Origin: an uncultured bacterium
GTDB lineage: Bacteria; Fidelibacterota; Marinisomatia; SCGC-AAA003-L08; D37C17
Assembly: GCA_964429875.1 (NCBI GenBank)
Contig: CAYSDL010000002.1
Location: forward strand, 5,270-69,269
Direction of reading: 5' to 3'
Length of the DNA stretch: 64,000 nucleotides
Part shown: piece after piece, positions 28,670 through 38,126 of the stretch
How positions within the stretch are numbered: position 1 is the stretch's first letter
Layout of the letters: each line of letters starts with the position of its first letter
The notes under the pieces: model-generated
Told to the model about the DNA's origin: nothing
Seen by the model: the letters and a program-made list of their open reading frames with translations, nothing else
Databases searched by the model: none
Translations under genes and position numbers: made by a program

Positions 28670-29391
28670 AAATAATATCTAAGTACATATTAATTTTTAT
28701 ATTATTTGCAGCATCTGGACTGTTTTTACTAGATGGTATACTTTTACCGTTACTTACCAATACAAATGAAGAAATTTATTTACCTGATGTTAGACACAGT
28801 TCAATTTACAAAGCTGAAAAGCAACTCAATGATTTAGGCTTTAATGTAGAAGTAATAATATCTAATTATAATGAAATATATACTCCAAATACTGTCATCA
28901 GCATGTCTCCAAGGGCATTTACAAAAATTAAAAAAGGAAGATCCGTAAAGCTAACTATCGCTGGAGATAAAAAAAATATTATTATAAATGATTTTGTAAA
29001 TACTTCACTTACTAGTGCACAATTAATAATAAATCAACAAGGCTTAAAATTAGATACTATTATTTATGAATATAATAATGATTATAAAAAAGATTTAATA
29101 ACATCACAATATCCAAAACCAGGAAAGGTGCTGCAAACGAATGATAAAATAACATATATAGTTAGCCTTGGCGATCCTCCAAATTATTATGTAGTTCCTA
29201 CTTTAATTAATATAAATTACTCAAAAGCTAAAGAAATAATTTCAAAGTCTGGCCTAAGAATTGGTAATATTAAATATGAATACAATGATGAATATTTGAA
29301 TAATACTATACTAGAACAAAGCATTACAGGAGGATTGAAATTGTCCTTCCCAAAATCAATAGACTTAATAATAAGTACTGATATAAGATGA
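28666..29391 (+). CDS. Membrane-anchored protein with three PASTA domains and no kinase or transpeptidase domain
   Basis: N-terminal TM YILIFILFAASGLFLLDGILLPLL, then three ~65-aa units (LPDVRHSSIYKAEKQLNDLGFNVEV..., FVNTSLTSAQLIINQQGLKLDTI..., VVPTLININYSKAKEIISKSGLRIGNI...). Confidence 0.8.
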   Translation: MKIISKYILIFILFAASGLFLLDGILLPLLTNTNEEIYLPDVRHSSIYKAEKQLNDLGFNVEVIISNYNEIYTPNTVISMSPRAFTKIKKGRSVKLTIAGDKKNIIINDFVNTSLTSAQLIINQQGLKLDTIIYEYNNDYKKDLITSQYPKPGKVLQTNDKITYIVSLGDPPNYYVVPTLININYSKAKEIISKSGLRIGNIKYEYNDEYLNNTILEQSITGGLKLSFPKSIDLIISTDIR

Positions 29392-30035
29392 ATAGCAGAA
29401 TAATATCACCATCATTGCTTTCTGCTAATTTTACAAGATTAAAAGAGGATATTCAAAAAGTTGAAGTATTAGGTATTAATAGACTGCATTTAGATGTAAT
29501 GGATGGAAACTTTGTTCCAAATCTAACATTTGGACCCTTTATCATAAAAGATATAAGAGAAATTACTAGCTCTCATTTAGAAACCCACTTAATGATTAAC
29601 AATCCAGAAAAATATCTCAAAGATTATATACAAGCAGGTTCAGATACTTTAATATTTCACTATGAAGCATCAAATGATATAAAAAGAGATCTAACTACAA
29701 TAAAAGATAATAATGTCGTAGCTGGAGTTGCCATTAATCCAAACACAGACCCAAGTCTTCTTATTAAATATTTGGATTATATAGACTATATATTAATAAT
29801 GTCTGTTTATCCTGGCTTTGGCGGTCAAAAATTTATACCCGATACACTAGAAACAATGAAATTTCTAAGAACATCAACTACAAATCATAATATTTTATTA
29901 GGTGTTGATGGAGGAGTGAATATAAATACAATAGATAAAGTTTATGATACTAACATTGATATCACAATTGTAGGTTCAGGACTATATGGTGCTAAAGATA
30001 TAAAAGAAAGATATCAACACTTAATTAGTGAATAA
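29388..30035 (+). CDS. rpe: Ribulose-phosphate 3-epimerase
   Basis: ISPSLLSANF, LHLDVMDGNFVPNLTFGP, MSVYPGFGGQKFI, VDGGVN. Confidence 0.93.
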   Translation: MNSRIISPSLLSANFTRLKEDIQKVEVLGINRLHLDVMDGNFVPNLTFGPFIIKDIREITSSHLETHLMINNPEKYLKDYIQAGSDTLIFHYEASNDIKRDLTTIKDNNVVAGVAINPNTDPSLLIKYLDYIDYILIMSVYPGFGGQKFIPDTLETMKFLRTSTTNHNILLGVDGGVNINTIDKVYDTNIDITIVGSGLYGAKDIKERYQHLISE

Positions 30036-30618
30036 TAACAATATACTTTCATATAAAAATGAATTATATAGAAAAATTGTGCATATGTGCTCAATTATTT
30101 TCCCAATCACCTATTATTATATTAGCTATACTTATTTTAGTATTTTCATTACAACATTTACGCTAATATTGCTTTTAATAGACCTCTCACGTAAAAAATC
30201 ATTTTATATCAAAACTTTTCTAAACATTTTTCTTAAAAAAGTATTCAGGAATTATGAAATAAATGAATTAATGAGCGCTACATATATGCTCTTAAGTTTT
30301 ACGATAATAACATTTACATGCAATAAACCTGAAGTGTTATTTGCTATGTTAGTAGTCATTTTTTCTGATTCTATTGCAGCTTTAATAGGTATTAAATATG
30401 GACATGTTACCCTTATGAATGATAAAACGCTCGAAGGTTCGTTCGCATTTATAATTACTACAGTTTTCATATTATCATTTATCAATATAGATATTGCAAT
30501 TTATCAAATTATTATTGTTTGCATAATAGCAACCATCACAGAACTATTTACTCCGACTAGATATGATAATTTCACTGTGCCTATTGCATCAGCCTTATCA
30601 TTAGGATTGTTTGCATGA
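30028..30618 (+). CDS. CTP-dependent polyprenol/diacylglycerol kinase-like membrane protein (CdsA/dolichol kinase superfamily)
   Basis: Polytopic. FSDSIAALIGIKYG...LEGSFAF matches the cytidylyltransferase-family C-terminal signature. Confidence 0.6.
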   Translation: MNNNNILSYKNELYRKIVHMCSIIFPITYYYISYTYFSIFITTFTLILLLIDLSRKKSFYIKTFLNIFLKKVFRNYEINELMSATYMLLSFTIITFTCNKPEVLFAMLVVIFSDSIAALIGIKYGHVTLMNDKTLEGSFAFIITTVFILSFINIDIAIYQIIIVCIIATITELFTPTRYDNFTVPIASALSLGLFA

Positions 30619-32576
30619 GCTTTATATCATCAATATTTTTATGGTTTTTACCATTGATTACAATTCCTCTTATTTTCCATTTATTAAAGAGGAGGAAGTA
30701 TCAGAATATTTCATTTAGCACATTAAGGTTTTTTAAATCAATTCAAACTGAAGCAATAAACAAATTAAGCATTATAAATATAATTTTGCTTATTATAAGA
30801 ACTCTTATAATTTTATTTATTATTTTGTTATTATCAAGACCGACAATCGAAGGTAAGTTTAATTCTAAATATTCAAATAACAATAACCTTACATATGTTA
30901 TTATTGATGATTCATATTCTAATATTCAATTCATACAAAACGATCTAACTAAATTATTAAAACAAATATATAATTCATACAATGAGAACACAACATTTAT
31001 GATTTCATTATTATCAGATAACAGTATTATACATAATGGAAAACTTCAACTAAATAAAATCACATCATTAAACATAGATCCTTCATTTACATCTAAGAAA
31101 TTTAATATAAATAATATCTTGGATAATATTTTGGATAAAGATATATATTCTAATATTGATATTTATTTTGTTAGCGATTTTCAATCTAAATCTTTTCCTC
31201 CAATAAATGAAGAATCAATTTCCATAAAAGATAATATTAATTTCTTTATTTTGAAAAATGAGCCTAATAATAAAAATATATTTATAAATAATGTGTCGAT
31301 TGAAAATAATGTTATCATTCCAAATGAAATTATTGATATAAATACACAAATATCAAGTACATCATTAAATGTTGATAATCTTGAAGTTGAGCTGCATATA
31401 AATAATATAAATGTTGGGAAGAATACCTTAAATATCAAAGAAAATAATTTTTACAATTTGAAGTTCAGAACGTCTATCCCCGAAGAAGGAAGATATAACT
31501 GCAAGTTATCGATCAATGATCCTTCAGAATTAAACTTAGATGATAATTATTATTTTACACTAGAAACTAATAAAGAATCTAATATATGTATTATATCAAA
31601 TTCTAACGATGACTACTATTTTACTAAAGCAGTAAATACATATAATCAATTGCATAAAAATTTATCTATCATACACTTAACATCAGAAAACTATCTACTC
31701 AATAACCACAGTACTTTTGAATCTGTTATAGTGTTTGATTATAGTCTTATTACTAAAGAACTTTATTATAAAATTAATTCACAGACGAACAATATTATAG
31801 TTATCCCGAATGAGGATTTTAAAGCAAACAATTATTTGTCTAAACTTCTTAATATGGAAGCATATAGCAATTTAAAATCAACACATCTTAAAAATGATTC
31901 CTTTATATCAATTGATACAGAAAGTATTAAAGATCCTAATTTGAGTTTAATATTTAGTAGTGATATACCTGAACGAAAATTAATTTTTTTCAAATATACT
32001 AATATTCCTATATCAGCAAATACAATAATAGCACATGATAATGGATATTCATTTTTAAACAAGTTTGAAATTGAAAACAATACTTTGATAACTCTATCGA
32101 CACCACTAGATCTATCATCTTCTAATTTACCTATCAAAGGAATTTTTATTCCATTTGTTTTGGAAATAACAAAAGAAAATGTTTTAAAAAATCACTACAC
32201 CTGCAATGAAACAATTAATAGTGAAGAGGACATTGCATACACCATAACACCTACAAAAGATACAATCCTAATAAATAATAAAAGTTTGAAATTAAATAAT
32301 ATTGGCTTTCATAAGTTATTTTATAACTCTAATGATAATGATTTTATTGCTTTAAATATTGATCAAAATGAATTTAACGATACTTACCTAACTAATGATC
32401 AGGTATTAACAATATTTCCAGATGTCACTATAATAGATGTTAATAGTAGTTTTCAAGAGAAGCTTAATAATATGGTTGTAGGATATGAAATATGGCGATA
32501 TTTATTATATTTTATTATAATTCTTATTATAGCAGAAATGTACCTATCTAATATATATTTTATTAAAAATGATTGA
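30615..32576 (+). CDS. BatA-type N-terminal double-TM domain membrane protein
   Basis: N-terminus FLWFLPLITIPLIFHLLKRRK followed by a second TM (aerotolerance-regulator N-terminal domain pattern). Large low-complexity N/I/S-rich middle region. C-terminal TM. Confidence 0.6.
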   Translation: MSFISSIFLWFLPLITIPLIFHLLKRRKYQNISFSTLRFFKSIQTEAINKLSIINIILLIIRTLIILFIILLLSRPTIEGKFNSKYSNNNNLTYVIIDDSYSNIQFIQNDLTKLLKQIYNSYNENTTFMISLLSDNSIIHNGKLQLNKITSLNIDPSFTSKKFNINNILDNILDKDIYSNIDIYFVSDFQSKSFPPINEESISIKDNINFFILKNEPNNKNIFINNVSIENNVIIPNEIIDINTQISSTSLNVDNLEVELHINNINVGKNTLNIKENNFYNLKFRTSIPEEGRYNCKLSINDPSELNLDDNYYFTLETNKESNICIISNSNDDYYFTKAVNTYNQLHKNLSIIHLTSENYLLNNHSTFESVIVFDYSLITKELYYKINSQTNNIIVIPNEDFKANNYLSKLLNMEAYSNLKSTHLKNDSFISIDTESIKDPNLSLIFSSDIPERKLIFFKYTNIPISANTIIAHDNGYSFLNKFEIENNTLITLSTPLDLSSSNLPIKGIFIPFVLEITKENVLKNHYTCNETINSEEDIAYTITPTKDTILINNKSLKLNNIGFHKLFYNSNDNDFIALNIDQNEFNDTYLTNDQVLTIFPDVTIIDVNSSFQEKLNNMVVGYEIWRYLLYFIIILIIAEMYLSNIYFIKND

Positions 32577-33831
32577 TTCAATATTAATTGCTTTACAACT
32601 TCCAACTTATGATGTAAAAGCTCTCAATGAAGAATTGAATGAGATGAACCTACTAGCAAATACCCTTGGATATAATATCATCGATACTGTTATTCAAAAA
32701 AGAAACAGGATAGACTCATCAACATATTTTGGAAAGGGTAAAATTGAGATAATTATAAACCAATGTAAAGCATTGAAATGTAAGAATATATTTATTAATG
32801 ATGAACTAAATCCAAGCCATTTTAAAAATATACAAAAGTTATGTAGTAAAAAGATTCATATTTATGATAGAACACAGCTAATTCTTGATATTTTTAGTCA
32901 ACATGCTAAAACAAAAGAGTCTCGGACACAAATAGATCTTGCTAAACTTGAATATTTAATGCCTAGATTAACAGGAATGTGGACTCACTTGGAAAGACAG
33001 GCAGGCGGGACTGGAATGAGAGGAGGTCCAGGAGAAAAGCAAATTGAAATTGATAGAAGATTAATTAAAAAAGATATTACTAAACTTAAAAGAGATCTTA
33101 GTAAAATTGAAATACAGAGAAATACTCAAAGAAAATCCAGAAGAAATGTTTTTAAAGTTGCATTTGCTGGATATACAAATGCAGGGAAATCTTCTTTACT
33201 AAAAACTATATCAGGGCACGATGCCTATATTAAAGATCAATTATTTGCAACCCTTGATACTACAACAAAAAAAATAAAAATAAATAAGAAAGATGTTCTA
33301 ATTAGCGATACTGTTGGTTTTCTTAGGAAATTACCACATAATCTTATTGCTTCTTTTAGATCAACTCTAGCTGATATTCAAGATGCAGATCTTATAATAA
33401 AATTAATTGACATATCATCATCAGATATTCAAGGTCACATAAACACAATAGACTCAACATTAAAAGAATTAAATTGTGATAAAAAAAATACAATATTAGT
33501 ATTTAATAAGATAGACAAGATAAAAGACCCCAATGTATTTGCTAGAATAAATGAGAAATACAAAAACCCGATTATGATATCAACAACAAAGAAGTTGAAA
33601 ATCAATACATTGATCGACGCATTAGATAGTATTATAAATACCGAAATGAACCAATATGAGATTATTCTTAACTATTCTGACATACAAACTATTAATGAGA
33701 TATATAAAAGAGCAGTAAAGATTAAAAAAGTAGCTGATTATAACAATATCACTTTCAGTTTTACATCAACAAAAGAAGATTTTAAAATAATACAAAATAT
33801 CCGTAAAAGCAGTTTTTCAGAGGACCTTTAG
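32569..33831 (+). CDS. hflX: GTPase HflX
   Basis: YFGKGKIEI, RTQIDLAKLEYLMPRL, GPGEKQIEIDRR, G1 GYTNAGKSSLL, DTVGF, NKID. Confidence 0.92.
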   Translation: MIDSILIALQLPTYDVKALNEELNEMNLLANTLGYNIIDTVIQKRNRIDSSTYFGKGKIEIIINQCKALKCKNIFINDELNPSHFKNIQKLCSKKIHIYDRTQLILDIFSQHAKTKESRTQIDLAKLEYLMPRLTGMWTHLERQAGGTGMRGGPGEKQIEIDRRLIKKDITKLKRDLSKIEIQRNTQRKSRRNVFKVAFAGYTNAGKSSLLKTISGHDAYIKDQLFATLDTTTKKIKINKKDVLISDTVGFLRKLPHNLIASFRSTLADIQDADLIIKLIDISSSDIQGHINTIDSTLKELNCDKKNTILVFNKIDKIKDPNVFARINEKYKNPIMISTTKKLKINTLIDALDSIINTEMNQYEIILNYSDIQTINEIYKRAVKIKKVADYNNITFSFTSTKEDFKIIQNIRKSSFSEDL

Positions 33832-33970
33832 AAAGTCACAGTGGGTAACTCCTCCTGAATCGCAAGTTTCCTTCAATTAAGTAAACTTAATAAGGCCTGC
33901 TTTTGAAAAAGGTAAGTAAGAAACCCTATATTTAAGTTGAAAGTTCTGAAAAATCAAATACCTTTACGGA
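33800..33970. ncRNA. Candidate structured RNA (class unknown) spanning the hflX 3' end and the hflX-cutA spacer
   Basis: Collinear long-range pairing: 33800-33807 tccgtaaa with 33963-33970 tttacgga; 33813-33822 tttttcagag with 33944-33953 ttctgaaaaa (9 WC plus 1 GU); 33826-33829 cttt with 33940-33943 aaag. These enclose about 110 nt that include a locally GC-rich stretch (19/40 G+C at 33832-33871 by hand count) and an internal hairpin at 33870-33895 (ccttcaattaag/cttaataagg). The spacer (198 nt) is unusually long for this window. Confidence 0.25.
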
Positions 33971-34029
33971 TATTTATAATATTAAATTAAAATTAATTAA
34001 ATTATTTCCATAATAAAATTAAGTATTTT

Positions 34030-34344
34030 ATGTATATAATGATTACAACAACTTCAGATTCAAGGGAAATATTACAATCTATTTCAAAAAAGATTTTAAA
34101 AGAAAAGCTATCTCCCTGCATTCAATCATCTAGTAATATTGAATCGTTATATATATGGAATAAGAAGTTTGAAAACTCTACCGAGTATAAAATTGAAATA
34201 AAAACACACAATAAATTTCAAGAGAAGATTGTTTCAATTATTAAAGAAAAACATAATTACGCTGTGCCTGAAATTGTTAGCTGCAATATAGAGCTTATAG
34301 ATAAAGACTATAGAAAATGGTTTAATGAAGTTAATGAATCTTAA
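34030..34344 (+). CDS. cutA: Divalent-cation tolerance protein CutA
   Basis: About 104 aa. KLSPCIQSSSNIESLYIWNKKFENSTEYKIEIKT...HNYAVPEIVS fits the CutA1 pattern. Confidence 0.8.
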   Translation: MYIMITTTSDSREILQSISKKILKEKLSPCIQSSSNIESLYIWNKKFENSTEYKIEIKTHNKFQEKIVSIIKEKHNYAVPEIVSCNIELIDKDYRKWFNEVNES

Positions 34345-35344
34345 ATATTACATACTTTCATTTTTATTATCAATTTGTCATACAACATTTTCAATAGTTG
34401 CTGTTGACACTAATACAAATGAGGTTGGAAGTGCTGGAGGATCATGTATAGCAAACTCTATAATAATTAGTGATATTCATCCAGGAGTAGGAGCTATTCA
34501 TACACAATCATACTGGAACCCAGTTAATCAGGATTATGCCTCCACATTAATGGAAGAAGGATACTCACCAGAAGAAATTATGCAGCTTCTAGAGGATAAT
34601 GATATTCAAAATAATCCAGGAATCAGACAATATGGTGCAGTTGATCTATATCGTGAAAATAATTATGGGTTATTATATGAATTTGAATGCAATCAGATAG
34701 AAGGTGCAGCGTGGGAAGGTGAACCCGGAAGCGAAGACCTTGCTTTGTGTGCTGATCCTCCGATCCCCAGAAGTGCTTCTTTTACTGGAGATGATTGTTT
34801 AGACTGGAAAGGCCATATAAATGGAATAAACTACGCAATTCAAGGCAATATACTTTTAAATGAGAGTATATTGATCTCAATTGAAGAAGGTTTTATTTCA
34901 ACAAATGGTAGCTTAGATCAAAAACTGATGGCGGCATTACAAGGAGGAAAAGTACCAGGGGCAGACTCAAGATGTCTCGATGAAGGAATATCAACATTAT
35001 CAGCTTTTATTCGAGTAGCTAGACCTGAAGATGAAAATAACTACTATATGGATTTAAATGTTGATAACGTAGTTCCTTATTATAATCAAAGCGGATTTTG
35101 GATTGATCCTGTTGATACACTTCAAATATTATATAATGAGTGGTATCAAAATGAATTTGATTTTAATATTGGAGATATTAACCAAGACTATATAATCAAT
35201 ATACTTGATGTTGTAATAATGGTCAATTTTATAATGACACAGGTCCCTTCGGGTATAGAATTTTACTTATCTGATATTAACTCAGATGACATAGTTAATA
35301 TTCAGGATATAATTCTTCTTATTAATATAATTTTAAATAGTTAG
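34325..35344 (+). CDS. Secreted DUF1028 (Ntn-hydrolase-fold) protein with C-terminal dockerin-like module
   Basis: Signal peptide MKLMNLKYYILSFLLSIC, then TTFSIVAVDTNTNEVGSAGGSC (DUF1028 normally starts MTFSI...). Dockerin-like tail. The start overlaps the cutA end by 20 nt (alternative ATG at 34334). Confidence 0.78.
   Translation: MKLMNLKYYILSFLLSICHTTFSIVAVDTNTNEVGSAGGSCIANSIIISDIHPGVGAIHTQSYWNPVNQDYASTLMEEGYSPEEIMQLLEDNDIQNNPGIRQYGAVDLYRENNYGLLYEFECNQIEGAAWEGEPGSEDLALCADPPIPRSASFTGDDCLDWKGHINGINYAIQGNILLNESILISIEEGFISTNGSLDQKLMAALQGGKVPGADSRCLDEGISTLSAFIRVARPEDENNYYMDLNVDNVVPYYNQSGFWIDPVDTLQILYNEWYQNEFDFNIGDINQDYIINILDVVIMVNFIMTQVPSGIEFYLSDINSDDIVNIQDIILLINIILNS
35168..35341 (+). other. 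Dockerin-like C-terminal module 6
   Basis: IGDINQDYIINILDVVIMVNFIM-TQVPSGIEFYL-SDINSDDIVNIQDIILLINIILNS, then stop. Confidence 0.7.
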
Positions 35345-35355
35345 AAAGGAATAAC

Positions 35356-35736
35356 ATGAAAAAAGCATCTATAACAGCATTTAGTTTAATTTTATTTGGA
35401 CTAAAACTTCCTTACATTGTTTGGTATAAATCTAAAATTAAGTTATCCAACTACAACTATAAATCTCATGAAGAGATGCTAGATGAAGAATATATTGTAA
35501 CAAGCTGGATTGATTGGGCAATAGATTGCTGGATTTTATTTACATATCCAATTGGTTTACTCATTATATTAGTTATTTTGATTGCGACTAAAACGATTTT
35601 TGTTCTTCTTGGACTTATTCCAATATATTTTGCTCCTTTTTTTATTTCAATCGTGAGAGAACTGGGAGGTTCATTAATGTTGCTTCACATGAATATTAGA
35701 GGAATTGAAAAAAATACTCATAAAGAAGATAAATAA
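35356..35736 (+). CDS. Hypothetical small membrane protein (about 3 TM)
   Basis: ORF with an aaaggaa SD-like sequence upstream. Hydrophobic segments AFSLILFGLKLPYIVW, ILFTYPIGLLIILVILIATKTIFVLLGLIPIYFAPFFISIV. No family recognised. Confidence 0.55.
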   Translation: MKKASITAFSLILFGLKLPYIVWYKSKIKLSNYNYKSHEEMLDEEYIVTSWIDWAIDCWILFTYPIGLLIILVILIATKTIFVLLGLIPIYFAPFFISIVRELGGSLMLLHMNIRGIEKNTHKEDK

Positions 35737-36545
35737 TGTATGTAAAAAATGATAAAACATGTATTTTCCTAACAAAAGATAAGCATTTAAACGATTTACC
35801 TATATTGTTTCTACACGGTTTTACGGGGTCTTCAAAATCATGGGATGAAACAAGGAATAACTTAAATCATTCTTCTATTGCACTAGATATTCCAGGACAT
35901 GGTAAAAGTACGTTCAATAATTTAGATAAAGAGTATACTTATAAAAATCTTAGATCTGAGATATATCTGTGTCTTAAAAAACTCAACGTTTCCAAAGTTC
36001 ATCTTTGTGGTTATTCAATGGGTGGGAGAATTGCAATTTCTTTAGCTCAAAAATACCCTTCTCTTATTAAATCATTAATCCTTGAGAGCTCATCATTGGG
36101 AATATCAAATAGTGAAGAAAAAAATAAAAGATTTGAAGAAGATCTAACATTGTCAAACAATATTATTAATTCAATTGATGATTTTAACAAAACATGGACA
36201 AAGAATAAACTTTTTAAACATCAAAAAACTAGAAACAATGCAGCATTCATAAAGCAAAATTTGATAAGGAAGTCTCATAATAGTAACCAGCTGTCTAAAT
36301 CATTACTATCATTTAGCAAGGGAACAATGCCAGCCTTCGAGGAGTCTTTTGCATTATTTGATTTTCCTGTATACCTAATCAATGGTCACGATGACACCAA
36401 GTATATAAAAATAAACAGAGATATGATGAAAATACATAAAAAATCTAAGCAATTCATTATAAACAATGCATCACATAATGTACATTTAGAAAACAATGAA
36501 TTCTATATAGATACGTTATATAAGATACTTATAGATGCAACTTAA
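35736..36545 (+). CDS. Alpha/beta hydrolase (MenH-like)
   Basis: LFLHGFTGSSKSWDE, nucleophile elbow GYSMGGRIA, C-terminal ASHNVHLEN. Confidence 0.7.
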   Translation: MYVKNDKTCIFLTKDKHLNDLPILFLHGFTGSSKSWDETRNNLNHSSIALDIPGHGKSTFNNLDKEYTYKNLRSEIYLCLKKLNVSKVHLCGYSMGGRIAISLAQKYPSLIKSLILESSSLGISNSEEKNKRFEEDLTLSNNIINSIDDFNKTWTKNKLFKHQKTRNNAAFIKQNLIRKSHNSNQLSKSLLSFSKGTMPAFEESFALFDFPVYLINGHDDTKYIKINRDMMKIHKKSKQFIINNASHNVHLENNEFYIDTLYKILIDAT

Positions 36546-36560
36546 AGTATTACATTAGCT

Positions 36561-37313
36561 ATGATCACAAAAGACGACTTAATAAATTCAATATTTTTTC
36601 CTAGATCATCAGATACACAAAATAACAATGATCATACAGTTCTTGTTGAAAAAGATATATCTGTTGGAATGACATTTTTTTTAAAAGATAAAACATTTAA
36701 TAATATTCTATTCTTCCATGGAAATGCTGAATTAGCTCAAGAATACAGCGATATAGCTGCTTTTTTTCATAATTATAATATAAACATAATTGTGGCTGAT
36801 TATAGAGGGTATGGTTTATCTGGAGGAACTCCAACCAAAAAGAATCTCCAAAGTGATTCCCTTATTATATTTGATTATGTTAAAAAATATTTAACATCAA
36901 ACAATTATAGTAAGAAGTTTATTGTTATGGGACGATCACTTGGGAGTGCTTCAGCTGCACATATTATAAGCAACAAAGAAAAAGATATAGATGGGTGTAT
37001 TATAGAAAGCGGTTTTGTGACAGAACATTGTCTTCTTGAACTAATGAATATTAACCCCGACGACATTTCATTTAGACTAAGTGATGGATTTGAAAATTTG
37101 ATAAAATTTAAAAATTATACAAAGCCAATATTTATAATTCATGCTGACTTAGATGATATTGTACCAATAAGCCAGGCTGACATGCTTTTTGTAGAAAGCG
37201 GTTCAACAAATAAAGATATGTATAAGGTCAATGGAGCTAACCATAATAATATTATCATGATGTCAAGAGAGGAATATTTTATAAAAATAAGAGATTTCAT
37301 TGAAAGTACTTAA
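36561..37313 (+). CDS. Alpha/beta hydrolase (Bem46/ABHD13-like)
   Basis: LFFHGNAE, ADYRGYGLSGGTPT, GRSLGSASA, HADLDDIVP, ANHNN. Confidence 0.7.
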   Translation: MITKDDLINSIFFPRSSDTQNNNDHTVLVEKDISVGMTFFLKDKTFNNILFFHGNAELAQEYSDIAAFFHNYNINIIVADYRGYGLSGGTPTKKNLQSDSLIIFDYVKKYLTSNNYSKKFIVMGRSLGSASAAHIISNKEKDIDGCIIESGFVTEHCLLELMNINPDDISFRLSDGFENLIKFKNYTKPIFIIHADLDDIVPISQADMLFVESGSTNKDMYKVNGANHNNIIMMSREEYFIKIRDFIEST

Positions 37314-38118
37314 ACCGTTATGCCTGCTTGCATTTATTACAATCCTTATTCCGAATGATAAATCATTAGGCAGAGATAATGATCCTAAAATCCCCTCTGA
37401 TATTTCAACAGCAAGTTTACTGTATAGAAAAGTAGTTTGGTCAACATTATCACTTCCTGGACAAAGATTTATGTCAAGCTTAATTTTCCCTGAATCATCT
37501 ATAGCATACATGGACGTTGATAATGCTGTAGCATTTACAATTGATGATGGATTTTGTGGTGTAGATAATCCTAACGGCTGCATGATAAATGAAGTAAGAG
37601 ATCTATTTAATAAATATGACGCCAAAGCAACATTTTTTATTACTGGGAACCACTGCAATTATGTATCAGTAGATGAAGTACAATTGCTATTAAATGATGG
37701 ACATGAATTGGCAAATCATAACATGTACGACTATCCATATGACCAACATTCAAAAGAAGATTTTGAGAGTGATCTAGATTCAACGCAAAATATTATATCA
37801 CAATTTACACCTGTAGATACTAAATGGTATAGAGCTCCGCATGCCAAGCTATCTAAAGAGATGCAGACTGTTATAGATTCAAGAGGGATGGTTCATATTA
37901 TTAGTGATTCTTTTGCTAATGATACAGCAATCCCAGATAGTAAATGGATAGCTGAATTTGTGTTAAAAAGCGTTCAACCTGGATCAATTATTGTTTTACA
38001 TATGCCAGAAAGAGGTGTCAGAGAATGGTGCTACGAGGCAATGGAATTAGTTTTACAGGGACTTAAAGAAAAGAATTTAGACATTTTAACACTTACAGAA
38101 TTAGAGAAACTACAGTAA
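37300..38118 (+). CDS. Secreted polysaccharide deacetylase (NodB homology, CE4)
   Basis: Signal peptide MKVLKPLCLLAFITILIP. FTIDDGF, ATFFITG, GHELANH and RAPHAKL. Confidence 0.82.
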   Translation: MKVLKPLCLLAFITILIPNDKSLGRDNDPKIPSDISTASLLYRKVVWSTLSLPGQRFMSSLIFPESSIAYMDVDNAVAFTIDDGFCGVDNPNGCMINEVRDLFNKYDAKATFFITGNHCNYVSVDEVQLLLNDGHELANHNMYDYPYDQHSKEDFESDLDSTQNIISQFTPVDTKWYRAPHAKLSKEMQTVIDSRGMVHIISDSFANDTAIPDSKWIAEFVLKSVQPGSIIVLHMPERGVREWCYEAMELVLQGLKEKNLDILTLTELEKLQ

Positions 38119-38126
38119 CTTTATTT

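Noticed and set aside
33832-33970. Attempted assignment of the hflX-cutA spacer element to SRP RNA, tRNA, tmRNA, or fluoride, c-di-GMP, TPP, cobalamin or glycine riboswitches.
   Set aside because: I could not find any defining core: no GGAA-tetraloop/AGCA SRP domain IV, no cloverleaf, no B12 box, no CTGAGA/ACCTGA TPP core, and so on. I therefore report it only as an unclassified candidate.
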